From Candidatus Wolfebacteria bacterium GW2011_GWA1_44_24 (GTDB lineage: Bacteria; Patescibacteriota; Minisyncoccia; UBA6257; UBA9933): a stretch of DNA of 64,000 nucleotides. The position numbers were made by a program, and so were the translations under genes. The stretch is from NCBI GenBank assembly GCA_001001115.1, contig LCIO01000001.1, positions 300,710 to 364,709 of the forward strand, given 5' to 3'. Positions 36,086 through 45,109 of this stretch are shown piece after piece; the first letter of the stretch is position 1; every line of letters begins with the position of its first letter. The notes beneath the pieces were generated by a model that was not told the origin of the DNA, made no database searches, and worked only from the letters and a program-made list of their open reading frames with translations.

Positions 36086-37710
36086 AATATATTTTTGTCG
36101 TCGGCGGCGTGATGAGCGGCGTGGGCAAGGGAGTGACAACCGCTTCCATCGGGAAAATTTTGCAAGCCCGCGGTTTTGAAGTGACGGCCATGAAAATCGA
36201 CCCCTATGTCAATATCGACGCCGGCACCATGAATCCGACAGAGCACGGGGAAGTTTTTGTTTTGGACGACGGAATGGAATGCGACCAAGATATGGGAAAT
36301 TATGAACGATTTTTGGACCGCGATTTGACAGCCGACAATTATATGACCACCGGCAGCGTTTATCTTTCGGTGATTAACAAAGAAAGAAATCTTGAATATC
36401 ACGGTTCTTGCGTGGAAGTAGTGCCCCATATTCCACTTGAGGTTATCGGAAAAATCGACAAGGCGGCTTCTAAAAATAAAGCCGAAATAGTCATCACGGA
36501 AATCGGCGGAACAGTCGGCGAATACCAGAACATTTTATTTTTGGAAGCCATCCGAATATTGAAACTCAAAAAACCCGACGATGTTCTTTTGGTTCTGGTA
36601 AGTTATTTGCCTCAACAAGGAGAGGGCGGGGAACTTAAAACCAAGCCCACTCAGTACGCGGTTCGTACTTTAAATTCCGCCGGCATTCAGCCGGATATCA
36701 TTATCGCTCGGGCCGGCGTCCGTTTGGACAAGAAAAGAAAAGATAAAATCGGTTTTAATTGCAATGTTCGCGAGCAAGACGTAATTTCCGCTCCGGATGT
36801 CGAAAGCATTTACGAGGTGCCGCTGAATTTCGAGAAAGACAATCTCAGCCAGAATATTTTAGAGAAATTAAATCTTAAATCCCGCGGGAAAAATTTGAGA
36901 GAATGGCAGCGATTGGCGGGAATAATCAGGAAAGCGAAAAAACCGGTTAAAATCGGCATTGTGGGCAAGTATTTCGGCGCCGGAGAATTTATCCTGTCCG
37001 ATTCTTACATTTCGGTGATTGAGGCCATTAAACACGCAGCTTGCGCTTTAAAAGTCAGGCCAATCATCCAGTGGCTCAATGCCGAAGAATTTGAAGGGGC
37101 CAAAAGCGCTTCGGCTTTGAAAAAATTGTCGGATTACCATGGCGTTATCATTCCCGGCGGTTTCGGCAGTCGGGGAATCAAAGGAAAATTGGCGGTGATT
37201 AAGTATTTGCGTTCAAATAAAATTCCGTTTTTGGGGCTTTGTTACGGAATGCAATTGGCGGTAATAGAATTCAGCCGCTCGGTAGCCGGCCTTAAGAACG
37301 CCAACACCACGGAAATCGAGCCAAACACTCCTCATCCGGTAATCGATATTTTGCCGGAGCAGAAAAAAAATCTGACGGAAAAGAATTACGGCGGCACGAT
37401 GAGATTGGGGGCTTGTCCGGCGGCGTTGAAAAAAAATACCATCGCGGCAAGCGCCTACAAAAATTTTTTGATTTCCGAACGGCACCGCCATCGTTACGAA
37501 GTTAATCCGAAATATATTGAAAAATTGGAAAAGAAAGGATTGGTTTTCTCCGGTTTTTCGCCAAACCGGCAGTTAATGGAAATTATTGAACTGCCCAAGG
37601 AAAAGCATCCGTTTTTTGTCGCCACCCAATTTCATCCGGAATTCAAATCAAAGCCGTTGAAGCCGCATCCGTTATTCAGAGAATTTATGGGAGCGGCCGT
37701 TAAAAAATGA
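36055..37710 (+). CDS. pyrG: CTP synthase
   Basis: 551 aa with a GATase Cys motif (GLCYGMQL) and the C-terminal motif QFHPEF. Confidence 0.95.
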   Translation: MSKMPKKSKVKYIFVVGGVMSGVGKGVTTASIGKILQARGFEVTAMKIDPYVNIDAGTMNPTEHGEVFVLDDGMECDQDMGNYERFLDRDLTADNYMTTGSVYLSVINKERNLEYHGSCVEVVPHIPLEVIGKIDKAASKNKAEIVITEIGGTVGEYQNILFLEAIRILKLKKPDDVLLVLVSYLPQQGEGGELKTKPTQYAVRTLNSAGIQPDIIIARAGVRLDKKRKDKIGFNCNVREQDVISAPDVESIYEVPLNFEKDNLSQNILEKLNLKSRGKNLREWQRLAGIIRKAKKPVKIGIVGKYFGAGEFILSDSYISVIEAIKHAACALKVRPIIQWLNAEEFEGAKSASALKKLSDYHGVIIPGGFGSRGIKGKLAVIKYLRSNKIPFLGLCYGMQLAVIEFSRSVAGLKNANTTEIEPNTPHPVIDILPEQKKNLTEKNYGGTMRLGACPAALKKNTIAASAYKNFLISERHRHRYEVNPKYIEKLEKKGLVFSGFSPNRQLMEIIELPKEKHPFFVATQFHPEFKSKPLKPHPLFREFMGAAVKK

Positions 37711-38537
37711 TAATTTTTCTTTACGGCCCCGATTCTTATCGTCGACGGAAAAAACTGAATGAAATGGTCAGCCGGTACAAAACCAAACACTTAAGCTGGG
37801 AAAATTTTGATTTCGGTAAGTCCGAAACTGAAAAGGAATTTTCGCGATGCCGGGAGTTTTTCGCCAGCCGTTCGCTTTTTGAAAAAGAAAAATTGGGAAT
37901 TTTGGAAGATATTTTTGCCGTTCCTTCGGAAATTTTTGAGGGGATTTCCGGGGATTTGAAAAATTTTTTAAAATCCAATCTTGAAGATAAAAATTTCATA
38001 CTACTGATTTCCGGCGGGAAAACGCCGCCAAAAAGTTTCAGCTTTCTTCTGGAGAAACCGGTTTTATTTCAGGAATTTGGAAATCTCGAAGGCGACCGAT
38101 TGGTTTTTTTTATCAGAAAAGAAGCCAGGGCGCGAGGATTGGAATTGGATTCGCGAGCGGTTAATTTTTTGGCGGAGATTTTCCGAGAAGATATCTGGGG
38201 ATTGATAAACGAATTGGAAAAACTTTCACTTTTGAACTCAAAAAAAATTGATGCCACCCGCTTAAATGAGTTAATTGATTATTATCGGCCGTTGGCTCGG
38301 CCGAAATTTTTTAACCAGCTCAACGGCTTATTCAGTCATTCATTGAGCCGGAGATTGGTTGATTTGGAAATTTTATTCGGCCATCAGGAAGAGCCGGTAA
38401 AAATTTTTAATATTCTGGCCACTTCTTATCTCAACACGGTTTTTTCGCTTCAAAAGCTGGCTGATTACGACGCGGCGATAAAATCTGGCAAGTTGGATTA
38501 CGAAGAAGCATTAGTTGATTTGGCGTTAGAAGGATAA
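37707..38537 (+). CDS. Probable DNA polymerase III delta subunit (HolA-like)
   Basis: Length, the N-terminus IIFLYGPDSY, and position next to gyrB. Weak similarity call from memory. Confidence 0.45.
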   Translation: MIIFLYGPDSYRRRKKLNEMVSRYKTKHLSWENFDFGKSETEKEFSRCREFFASRSLFEKEKLGILEDIFAVPSEIFEGISGDLKNFLKSNLEDKNFILLISGGKTPPKSFSFLLEKPVLFQEFGNLEGDRLVFFIRKEARARGLELDSRAVNFLAEIFREDIWGLINELEKLSLLNSKKIDATRLNELIDYYRPLARPKFFNQLNGLFSHSLSRRLVDLEILFGHQEEPVKIFNILATSYLNTVFSLQKLADYDAAIKSGKLDYEEALVDLALEG

Positions 38538-38548
38538 AAATGGCTTCT

Positions 38549-38576
38549 TTGTCGGGGGATTTTATGTTATTATAAT
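38549..38576 (+). promoter_or_regulatory. Candidate gyrB promoter (ttgtcg, 16 nt spacer, tataat)
   Basis: Hexamers read directly, about 30 nt upstream of the ATG at 38606. Confidence 0.3.
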
Positions 38577-38605
38577 GATGCTCTTTCGAGCGTTTTCTTT
38601 TAATT

Positions 38606-40540
38606 ATGGCGCAAAAAGACATAAAAAAAACCGAAAATAACGTTTCTTACGAAGCCAAGGATATTTATGTTTTGGAAGGATTGGAGCCGGTCAGAAAGCG
38701 GCCGGGAATGTATATCGGTTCCACCGGCGTTGACGGCCTGCATCATTTGATTTGGGAAGTGATTGACAATTCGCTTGACGAAGCGATGGCCGGCTATGCT
38801 AAAAACATCAAAATTGAATTATTGAAAGGCAACAGGGTGGCGGTTACCGACGACGGCCGCGGCATTCCGGTTGATATCCATCCACAGACAAAAGTTTCTG
38901 CTTTGGAAACCGTGATGTGCACGCTTCATGCCGGCGGAAAATTCGGCGGCGAATCTTACAAAATTTCCGGCGGCTTGCACGGCGTGGGCGTTTCGGTCGT
39001 CAATGCTTTGTCAAAATGGATGAGGGTTGAAGTTTGCCGCGGCAATAATTTATATTCTCAAGAATATGAGCGGGGAAAACCGAAATATAAGGTTAAGAAA
39101 GAAGGAAAATGCGAAAGGAACGGAACCAAAGTGATTTTTGACGCTGACCAGGAAATTTTTTCCGAAATCGAGTTTGACTTGAAAAGAATCATTGACCATT
39201 TAAGGCAACAGGCGTTTTTAACCCCAAAAGCCAAAATTGAAATTATTGACGAACGGGAAAAATCGCCCTCTTATTACGGTTTTTATTTTGAAGGAGGCCT
39301 TTTGTCTTTTATCGATTATCTTAACCGTTTCCGCCAGCCGATTCAAAGAACGCCTTTTTACGTCCGCAAAGATTATGAAGACATCGAGGTGGAAACGGCT
39401 TTTATTTATAATCAAGAAATCGAAACCGATGAATTAAGTTTTGCCAACAACATATATACTCCGGACGGCGGCATGCATTTGACCGGTTTTCGTTCGGCTT
39501 TAACCCGTACTTTGAACGATTGGGCCCGGACCAACAATTATCTTAAAGCTTCGGATGAGAATTTGTCCGGCGAAGATGTGCGGGAAGGATTAACGGCGAT
39601 TATTTCGGTAAAATTGAGAGAGCCGCAGTTTGAGGGCCAAACCAAAGCTCGTTTGGGAACGCCGGCCGCCAGAACCGCCGTTGAAGCGGTGGTGGCCGAA
39701 TTTTTGAAAGAATTTCTGGAAAAAAATTCAACAGACGCCCGGGCAATAGTTGAAAAATGCTTTTTGGCGCAAAAAGCCAGAAAAGCCGCCAAGGCGGCAA
39801 AAGAAACGGTTTTGCGTAAAGGCGTATTGGAAGGGATGACTTTGCCGGGGAAATTGGCTGATTGTTCTTCCCGCAACCCCGAAGAATCGGAATTGTTTAT
39901 AGTGGAAGGCGACAGCGCCGGCGGCTCGGCCAAATCCGGCCGCGACCGCCGTATTCAAGCAATTCTTCCTTTGAAAGGTAAAATTTTGAACGTTGAAAAA
40001 GCCCGCATTGACAAAATGCTGGCCAATAATGAAATCAAATCGCTGGTCATCGCTTTGGGAACCGCCATCAGGGATAATTTTGACATTAATAAACTGCGCT
40101 ACCACAAGATTATTATTATGACCGACGCGGATACTGACGGCTCTCATATTCGAACTTTGCTTTTAACGCTTTTTTTTCGCCATTTTTTGCCGGTGATAGA
40201 AAACGGTCATCTTTATATCGCTCAGCCGCCTCTTTATAGAATTCAAAAAGGCAAAGAAATGGAATATGCTTACAGAGATAATGAAAAAGAAAAAATTATT
40301 AAATCTTTTGGCGGACCTCAAGGCGTGAACATTCAAAGATATAAAGGATTGGGAGAAATGAACCCCGAGCAATTGTGGGAAACGACTTTGAATCCTGGAG
40401 AACGAACATTGAAATTAGTGGCCGTTGAAAATGCTCAAAAGGCCAGCGAATTGTTCGATATTTTGATGGGCGAAGCGGTTGAGCCGCGAAAAGCGTTCAT
40501 CCAAAATCGGGCGGCATTTGTCAAAAACCTTGACATCTAA
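38606..40540 (+). CDS. gyrB: DNA gyrase subunit B
   Basis: GLHHLIWEVIDNSLDEA, the Toprim motif EGDSAGG, and PLKGKILNVE. Confidence 0.95.
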   Translation: MAQKDIKKTENNVSYEAKDIYVLEGLEPVRKRPGMYIGSTGVDGLHHLIWEVIDNSLDEAMAGYAKNIKIELLKGNRVAVTDDGRGIPVDIHPQTKVSALETVMCTLHAGGKFGGESYKISGGLHGVGVSVVNALSKWMRVEVCRGNNLYSQEYERGKPKYKVKKEGKCERNGTKVIFDADQEIFSEIEFDLKRIIDHLRQQAFLTPKAKIEIIDEREKSPSYYGFYFEGGLLSFIDYLNRFRQPIQRTPFYVRKDYEDIEVETAFIYNQEIETDELSFANNIYTPDGGMHLTGFRSALTRTLNDWARTNNYLKASDENLSGEDVREGLTAIISVKLREPQFEGQTKARLGTPAARTAVEAVVAEFLKEFLEKNSTDARAIVEKCFLAQKARKAAKAAKETVLRKGVLEGMTLPGKLADCSSRNPEESELFIVEGDSAGGSAKSGRDRRIQAILPLKGKILNVEKARIDKMLANNEIKSLVIALGTAIRDNFDINKLRYHKIIIMTDADTDGSHIRTLLLTLFFRHFLPVIENGHLYIAQPPLYRIQKGKEMEYAYRDNEKEKIIKSFGGPQGVNIQRYKGLGEMNPEQLWETTLNPGERTLKLVAVENAQKASELFDILMGEAVEPRKAFIQNRAAFVKNLDI

Positions 40541-40586
40541 TCGGAAAATTCATAGAGTTTCCAGAGAGTCGTGAATCAATAAAAGC

Positions 40587-40772
40587 ATGTTTTCTAAATT
40601 TATTTCCTATATTCAGGAATCGCGTCAGGAACTCAAAAGAGTCAATTGGCCGTCAAGAAACGAGACCATCAACTTAACTTTGGTGGTTATTGGAATGTCC
40701 GTCGGCATAGCGGCCTTTTTGGGACTTTCCGATTTTTTGTTTAGATATTTATTCGGGAAATTTTTAATATAA
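40587..40772 (+). CDS. secE: Preprotein translocase subunit SecE
   Basis: 61 aa with ELKRVNWPSRNE followed by a single TM helix. Precedes nusG. Confidence 0.8.
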   Translation: MFSKFISYIQESRQELKRVNWPSRNETINLTLVVIGMSVGIAAFLGLSDFLFRYLFGKFLI

Positions 40773-40775
40773 CAA

Positions 40776-41357
40776 ATGGCGCAGATTAAATCGGAAAATA
40801 AATCAAAATTGCCGGAGGACGCCAAGGCGGGCGGACGGCATTGGTACGCGGTGCACACTTATTCCGGCTATGAAGACGCGGTGGCGAGATACCTGAAACA
40901 GCGGGTGGATTCTTTGGAAATGCACGATAAAATTTTCAATATCATCGTTCCGAAAGAAAGGAAAATTAAAATCAAAAATGGTCGGCGAAAAGAAACGGAA
41001 GAGAAAATTTATCCCGGCTATGTTTTAGTTGATATGCTTATGAGCGAAGATTCCTGGTATGTTGTCCGGAATACTCCGCGGGTAACCGGTTTTGTCGGCG
41101 CCGACACCACCGAGCCGACTCCATTGTCAAAAGAAGAAGTGGACGCGATTATGACGAGAATGACCGGCGAAGAGCCGGAATTCAAAATGGAATATCAAGT
41201 CGGCGAAACGGTGAAAATCACAGACGGGCCGTTCAAAGATTACGAAGGGAAAATCAGCGCCATTGAAGAGGAATACGGCAAAATCAAAGTTATGGTACCG
41301 ATATTCGGGAGAGAGACGGCGGTGGAATTGGATTCGTTGCAAGTGCAAAAAATATAA
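40776..41357 (+). CDS. nusG: Transcription antiterminator NusG
   Basis: [14 protein letters not shown] domain and a C-terminal KOW ([18 protein letters not shown]). Confidence 0.9.
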   Translation: MAQIKSENKSKLPEDAKAGGRHWYAVHTYSGYEDAVARYLKQRVDSLEMHDKIFNIIVPKERKIKIKNGRRKETEEKIYPGYVLVDMLMSEDSWYVVRNTPRVTGFVGADTTEPTPLSKEEVDAIMTRMTGEEPEFKMEYQVGETVKITDGPFKDYEGKISAIEEEYGKIKVMVPIFGRETAVELDSLQVQKI

Positions 41358-41374
41358 TAATAAACCAAGATTTT

Positions 41375-41800
41375 ATGGCTAAGCCAATTAAAACAATTTT
41401 AAAACTTCAAATTTCAGCCGGAGCGGCCAATCCGGCGCCGCCGATCGGTCCGGCCCTGGGTCAGCACGGCGTCAATATCGCCCAATTTTGCCAGCAGTTT
41501 AATGAAGCTACCAAAACAATGGCCGGAGACATAATTCCGGCGGAAATTACGATTTATGAAGACAGAACTTTTGAGTTTAAGCTTAAAACGCCACCGGCTT
41601 CAGATTTGTTGAAAAAAGCCGCGTTAGTTGCCAAAGGTTCTGGCAATCCGCTGAAAGATAAAATAGGCAAAGTGACGAAAGCTCAGGTTCGGGAAATCGC
41701 CGAGAAAAAAATGGCGGATTTGAACGCCAACGACATTGAAACGGCGATGAAAATTATAGAAGGCACGGCAAGAAGCATGGGGATTGAGATAGAGAAATAA
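41375..41800 (+). CDS. rplK: 50S ribosomal protein L11
   Basis: [26 protein letters not shown]. Confidence 0.95.
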   Translation: MAKPIKTILKLQISAGAANPAPPIGPALGQHGVNIAQFCQQFNEATKTMAGDIIPAEITIYEDRTFEFKLKTPPASDLLKKAALVAKGSGNPLKDKIGKVTKAQVREIAEKKMADLNANDIETAMKIIEGTARSMGIEIEK

Positions 41801-41834
41801 CGGAAACTTAAAAATTTAATAAGGAGGATAATGT

Positions 41835-42062
41835 ATGTTGGATCAACGATTGGATCAACGAGAAGATTTCTATTTATATACCGGGATTTTACCCGGGATG
41901 ATGGTTCCTCCAAAAGTAATTTATTTGAGACGGAAAGAAGTTTGTCCTCGGAAGAATTGTGAGTTTGGAAAAGATTGCAAGGGGCTTGAGCATGGCAGAG
42001 TTACTAAAATGGAGTGTAATTTATGGGAATTAATCAGGATGTATGGAGGAGGTGAAAAATGA
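41835..42062 (+). CDS. Small Cys-rich hypothetical protein
   Basis: SD aaggagg 7 nt upstream. 75 aa with 4 Cys. The N-terminus contains a 12-bp tandem duplication. Confidence 0.4.
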   Translation: MLDQRLDQREDFYLYTGILPGMMVPPKVIYLRRKEVCPRKNCEFGKDCKGLEHGRVTKMECNLWELIRMYGGGEK

Positions 42063-42226
42063 ATAAAAGATTGAAAGGATTACAAAAAAAAGACAAAGAC
42101 AAGTGGGTTATGTCTCCTGAATTGAAAAAAGCCGCAAAGTCTTTTCTTAAAAATAATAAAGATGTCTTAGACAAAGCGGTTCTGAACTTGAAAAATCGTC
42201 CTAATGTCGATGATTACAACGACTAA
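42059..42226 (+). CDS. Small Lys-rich hypothetical protein (55 aa)
   Basis: Own translation: MNKRLKGLQKKDKDKWVMSPELKK... SD ggaggaggtg and an ATGA overlap. Confidence 0.35.
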   Translation: MNKRLKGLQKKDKDKWVMSPELKKAAKSFLKNNKDVLDKAVLNLKNRPNVDDYND

Positions 42227-42244
42227 ATGAGATGAATAATTTAA

Positions 42245-42268
42245 GGGTGGCGAAAGCCGCCCTTTTTT
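42245..42268 (+). terminator. Rho-independent terminator
   Basis: gggtggc-gaaa-gccgccc stem-loop followed by tttttt. Confidence 0.65.
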
Positions 42269-42282
42269 ATTAGAATTATGAT

Positions 42283-43719
42283 ATGTATCAACCCGTTATC
42301 GGTTTAGAAATTCACGTGGAATTAAAAACCAAAACAAAGATGTTTTGCGGCTGTTTAAACGACCCCGATGAAAAGCATCCGAATATCAATGTTTGCCCGA
42401 TTTGTCTGGCTCATCCCGGCACTTTGCCGACCATTAATAAAAAAGCCGTGGAAGCGGTTTTGAAATTGGGTTTGGCTTTAAATTCTCAAATTCCGGAAGT
42501 AAGTAAATTTGACCGTAAAAATTATTTTTATCCAGACTTGCCGAAAGGTTATCAAATTTCTCAGTATGACCAGCCGTTGGTTTTAGAGGGTGAATTAAAC
42601 AACATTAGATTGAGGAGAATACATTTGGAAGAAGACACGGCCAGTTTAATTCACGGCGAAAAGGGAGAAAGTTTGGTTGATTTTAATCGTGCCGGCATTC
42701 CTTTAATGGAATTGGTGACAGAGCCGGTGATAAAAAGCGGCGAGCAAGCGGTTGAATTTGCCAAAGAGCTTCAATTGATTTTACGGTATTTGGAAATTTC
42801 CGACGCGGATATGGAGCGCGGACAAATGCGGATAGAAGCGAATATTTCGGTCAGCAAAAATTCCGAGTTGGGGACAAAGGTGGAAGTAAAAAATCTCAAT
42901 TCTTTCCGTTCCGTCAAAGAGGCGATTGATTACGAAATCAAGCGGCAGGAACAAGCGCTGGAAAAAGGCGGGAAAATAAAACATGAAACGCGCGGCTGGG
43001 ATGAAAACGGCCGTAAAACCGAGCATCAGCGCGCCAAAGAAGAAGCCCACGACTATCGCTATTTTCCCGAACCGGATTTGCCGCCGATGGATTTTTCAAA
43101 ATCGGATTTTGTAGATTTTAAAGAATTGGAAATTTCCATTCCGGAATTGCCGGCGCAAAAGCGCGAAAGATTCATTAAAGAATTTTCCTTAAAATCGGAG
43201 CAGGCGGAAATTTTAATCGAGGATAAAAATCTAGCTCAATATTTCGAAGATTCGGTTTCAGAATTATTAACGGAAATTCCAGGCAACGACAAAAATAAAA
43301 ATATCCAGTTGCTTTTCAATTACCTTGCCAGCGATATCAAAGGAATGGCTAATGAGGCGGGAATAACGATGAAAGATTTGAAAATTACGCCGGAAAATTT
43401 CGCCGACCTGGTGACTTTGATAATTAAGGGCGAAATTTCCAGCCGTCTTGCCAAAGACATATTAAAAGAAATGAATTCCACCGGCCTTGACCCGCGGCAG
43501 ATTATCAAAGAAAAAGGATTAAGCCAGATTTCCGACGAGGAAGTCATTCAAAAAGCGATAAAAGAAGCGGTTGAAGAAAATCCGGTTGCCGCGGGGGATT
43601 ATAAAAAAGGCAAACAAAACGCTTTGCAGTTTTTAATCGGTCAGACGATGAAAAAACTCAAAGGCCAAGCCAATCCCGGCATATTGCGAAAGCTTTTTGA
43701 GGATTATCTATCCAGATGA
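42283..43719 (+). CDS. gatB: Asp/Glu-tRNA amidotransferase subunit B
   Basis: IGLEIHVELKTKTKMFC and the typical C-terminal YqeY-like domain. 478 aa. Confidence 0.95.
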   Translation: MYQPVIGLEIHVELKTKTKMFCGCLNDPDEKHPNINVCPICLAHPGTLPTINKKAVEAVLKLGLALNSQIPEVSKFDRKNYFYPDLPKGYQISQYDQPLVLEGELNNIRLRRIHLEEDTASLIHGEKGESLVDFNRAGIPLMELVTEPVIKSGEQAVEFAKELQLILRYLEISDADMERGQMRIEANISVSKNSELGTKVEVKNLNSFRSVKEAIDYEIKRQEQALEKGGKIKHETRGWDENGRKTEHQRAKEEAHDYRYFPEPDLPPMDFSKSDFVDFKELEISIPELPAQKRERFIKEFSLKSEQAEILIEDKNLAQYFEDSVSELLTEIPGNDKNKNIQLLFNYLASDIKGMANEAGITMKDLKITPENFADLVTLIIKGEISSRLAKDILKEMNSTGLDPRQIIKEKGLSQISDEEVIQKAIKEAVEENPVAAGDYKKGKQNALQFLIGQTMKKLKGQANPGILRKLFEDYLSR

Positions 43720-44578
43720 TTTTTTTGTCTTTTTTGAACCAGGTTATCTGGCGTTTGGCGTATCTCCAGGTGTTTTTTTTAATTAAAGCCGTTGTTTCAT
43801 CGAGCGAGACTTTCCCCTGAAGATAGTTAATGATTTCTCTGTAGCCAATGGCGTCAAAAGCCGGAATGTCGAAAGGATATTTTTTAATTAAATTTTTAAC
43901 TTCTTTTATTAAGCCGTTTTTGAGTATTTTATCCGCTCGCTTATTGATTTTTTCGCGCAGCTTTTCTTTTGGCAGAGAGATGCCGATTTTCAGACAATTA
44001 AACAATTTTTTGCCTGATTTTCTTTGTTGAGAAAACGGTTTTTCGGTTTTTAAGGTTATTTCCAGCGCCCGGACGATTCTTCTGGGATTTTTTGAATCAA
44101 TAATATAGGCCGCTTCGGGGTCAAGTTCAATCAGTTTTTGATAAAGATAATCAAGTCCTTTTGATTTTAATTCTTTTTCCAGTTTTTCCCGGAGTTGAAA
44201 ATCGGGTTTTACTTCGGGGATTTCAAGATTATCCGCGATAGTTTTGATGTAAAGGCCCGTGCCGCCGACCAAGACAGGAATTTTATTTTTGGCCAAAACC
44301 ATTTTAATCGCTTTCAGGCAGTCTTTTTTATATTGGGCAACGGTATAATTTTCATCGGGATTTTTGATGTCAATAAGGTGATGAGGGATTTTTCTTATTT
44401 CCGTTTTCGCCGGTTTGGCGGTGCCGATGTCCATACCGCGGTAAATTTGCCGCGAGTCCGCGGAAATTATCTCGCTGTTGAATTTTCCGGCTATTTTTAT
44501 CGCTAAATCGGATTTTCCCGAAGCAGTCGGCCCGACAATAACGATGATTTTTGGTTTTCTTGGGCGGGGGGTTGACAT
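43658..44578 (-). CDS. miaA: tRNA dimethylallyltransferase
   Basis: P-loop VGPTASGKS and DSRQIYRGMDIGTAKP. Confidence 0.9.
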   Translation of the reverse strand: MSTPRPRKPKIIVIVGPTASGKSDLAIKIAGKFNSEIISADSRQIYRGMDIGTAKPAKTEIRKIPHHLIDIKNPDENYTVAQYKKDCLKAIKMVLAKNKIPVLVGGTGLYIKTIADNLEIPEVKPDFQLREKLEKELKSKGLDYLYQKLIELDPEAAYIIDSKNPRRIVRALEITLKTEKPFSQQRKSGKKLFNCLKIGISLPKEKLREKINKRADKILKNGLIKEVKNLIKKYPFDIPAFDAIGYREIINYLQGKVSLDETTALIKKNTWRYAKRQITWFKKDKKIIWIDNPQKAFAICRDWLGL

Positions 44579-44600
44579 AATAATTTTAATATGCTATCTT
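44572..44600 (+). promoter_or_regulatory. Candidate promoter of the 44636 cassette (ttgaca, 17 nt spacer, tatctt)
   Basis: Hexamers read directly. The -35 overlaps the miaA start codon on the other strand. Confidence 0.4.
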
Positions 44601-44635
44601 ATTTTTAGCACTAAATCAAATCAAAGGAGGAAAAT

Positions 44636-44926
44636 ATGGGGATAGAGATGGTTGTAATTGGAACAATCAGACGGGTTTTAACATTCGCATTGTTTGTCAA
44701 TCTGAATGGTAAAAAGCATAAAGAGGAGAAGAGGTTTCTCATAGTTGATAAGGACAGAGCCGTCATCGGCGCATACGAGCCCGGGCTCGGCACCATGTCC
44801 ATCGAACAGCTCGAGCTGGAGAAAAAGGGGGACTATGTGACCTCCTTGCCCCACAGCAAAATCGGTGCGTCTATGGATATCGGAAAGGATTACTATCTGG
44901 TTATGCGCCGCGCCGCCCAATCCTAA
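44636..44926 (+). CDS. Hypothetical protein (96 aa)
   Basis: SD aaaggagg 5 nt upstream. No family recognised. Confidence 0.4.
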   Translation: MGIEMVVIGTIRRVLTFALFVNLNGKKHKEEKRFLIVDKDRAVIGAYEPGLGTMSIEQLELEKKGDYVTSLPHSKIGASMDIGKDYYLVMRRAAQS

Positions 44927-44939
44927 AAGGAGGTGAAAG

Positions 44940-45029
44940 ATGGCAAATGTTGTCTCTTGCGGGACTCTTAAAATCAAAAGACGTCCGAGAAGGCAGAAAA
45001 AGCCTCATCCCCGCAAAAAAAAGAGTTGA
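44940..45029 (+). CDS. 29-aa Arg/Lys-rich peptide (hypothetical)
   Basis: Own translation: MANVVSCGTLKIKRRPRRQKKPHPRKKKS. SD aaaggaggtg 5 nt upstream. Confidence 0.3.
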   Translation: MANVVSCGTLKIKRRPRRQKKPHPRKKKS

Positions 45030-45075
45030 TAAAGTCCAATAAAATCTGATAAGGATATAAAGTAATTTGTAAGTT

Positions 45076-45109
45076 CGCCCAAGGGAGCATATCTCTTGGG
45101 CGTTTTTTT
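45076..45109 (+). terminator. Rho-independent terminator
   Basis: cgcccaag...cttgggcg hairpin followed by ttttttt. The T-run overlaps the thrS stop codon. Confidence 0.65.

Noticed and set aside
41831-41965. Alternative 44-codon ORF from the ATG at 41831, in the other frame.
   Set aside because: The SD is only 3 nt from this ATG, compared with 7 nt for the ATG at 41835. The translation is low complexity, and the other frame gives a longer Cys-containing ORF.
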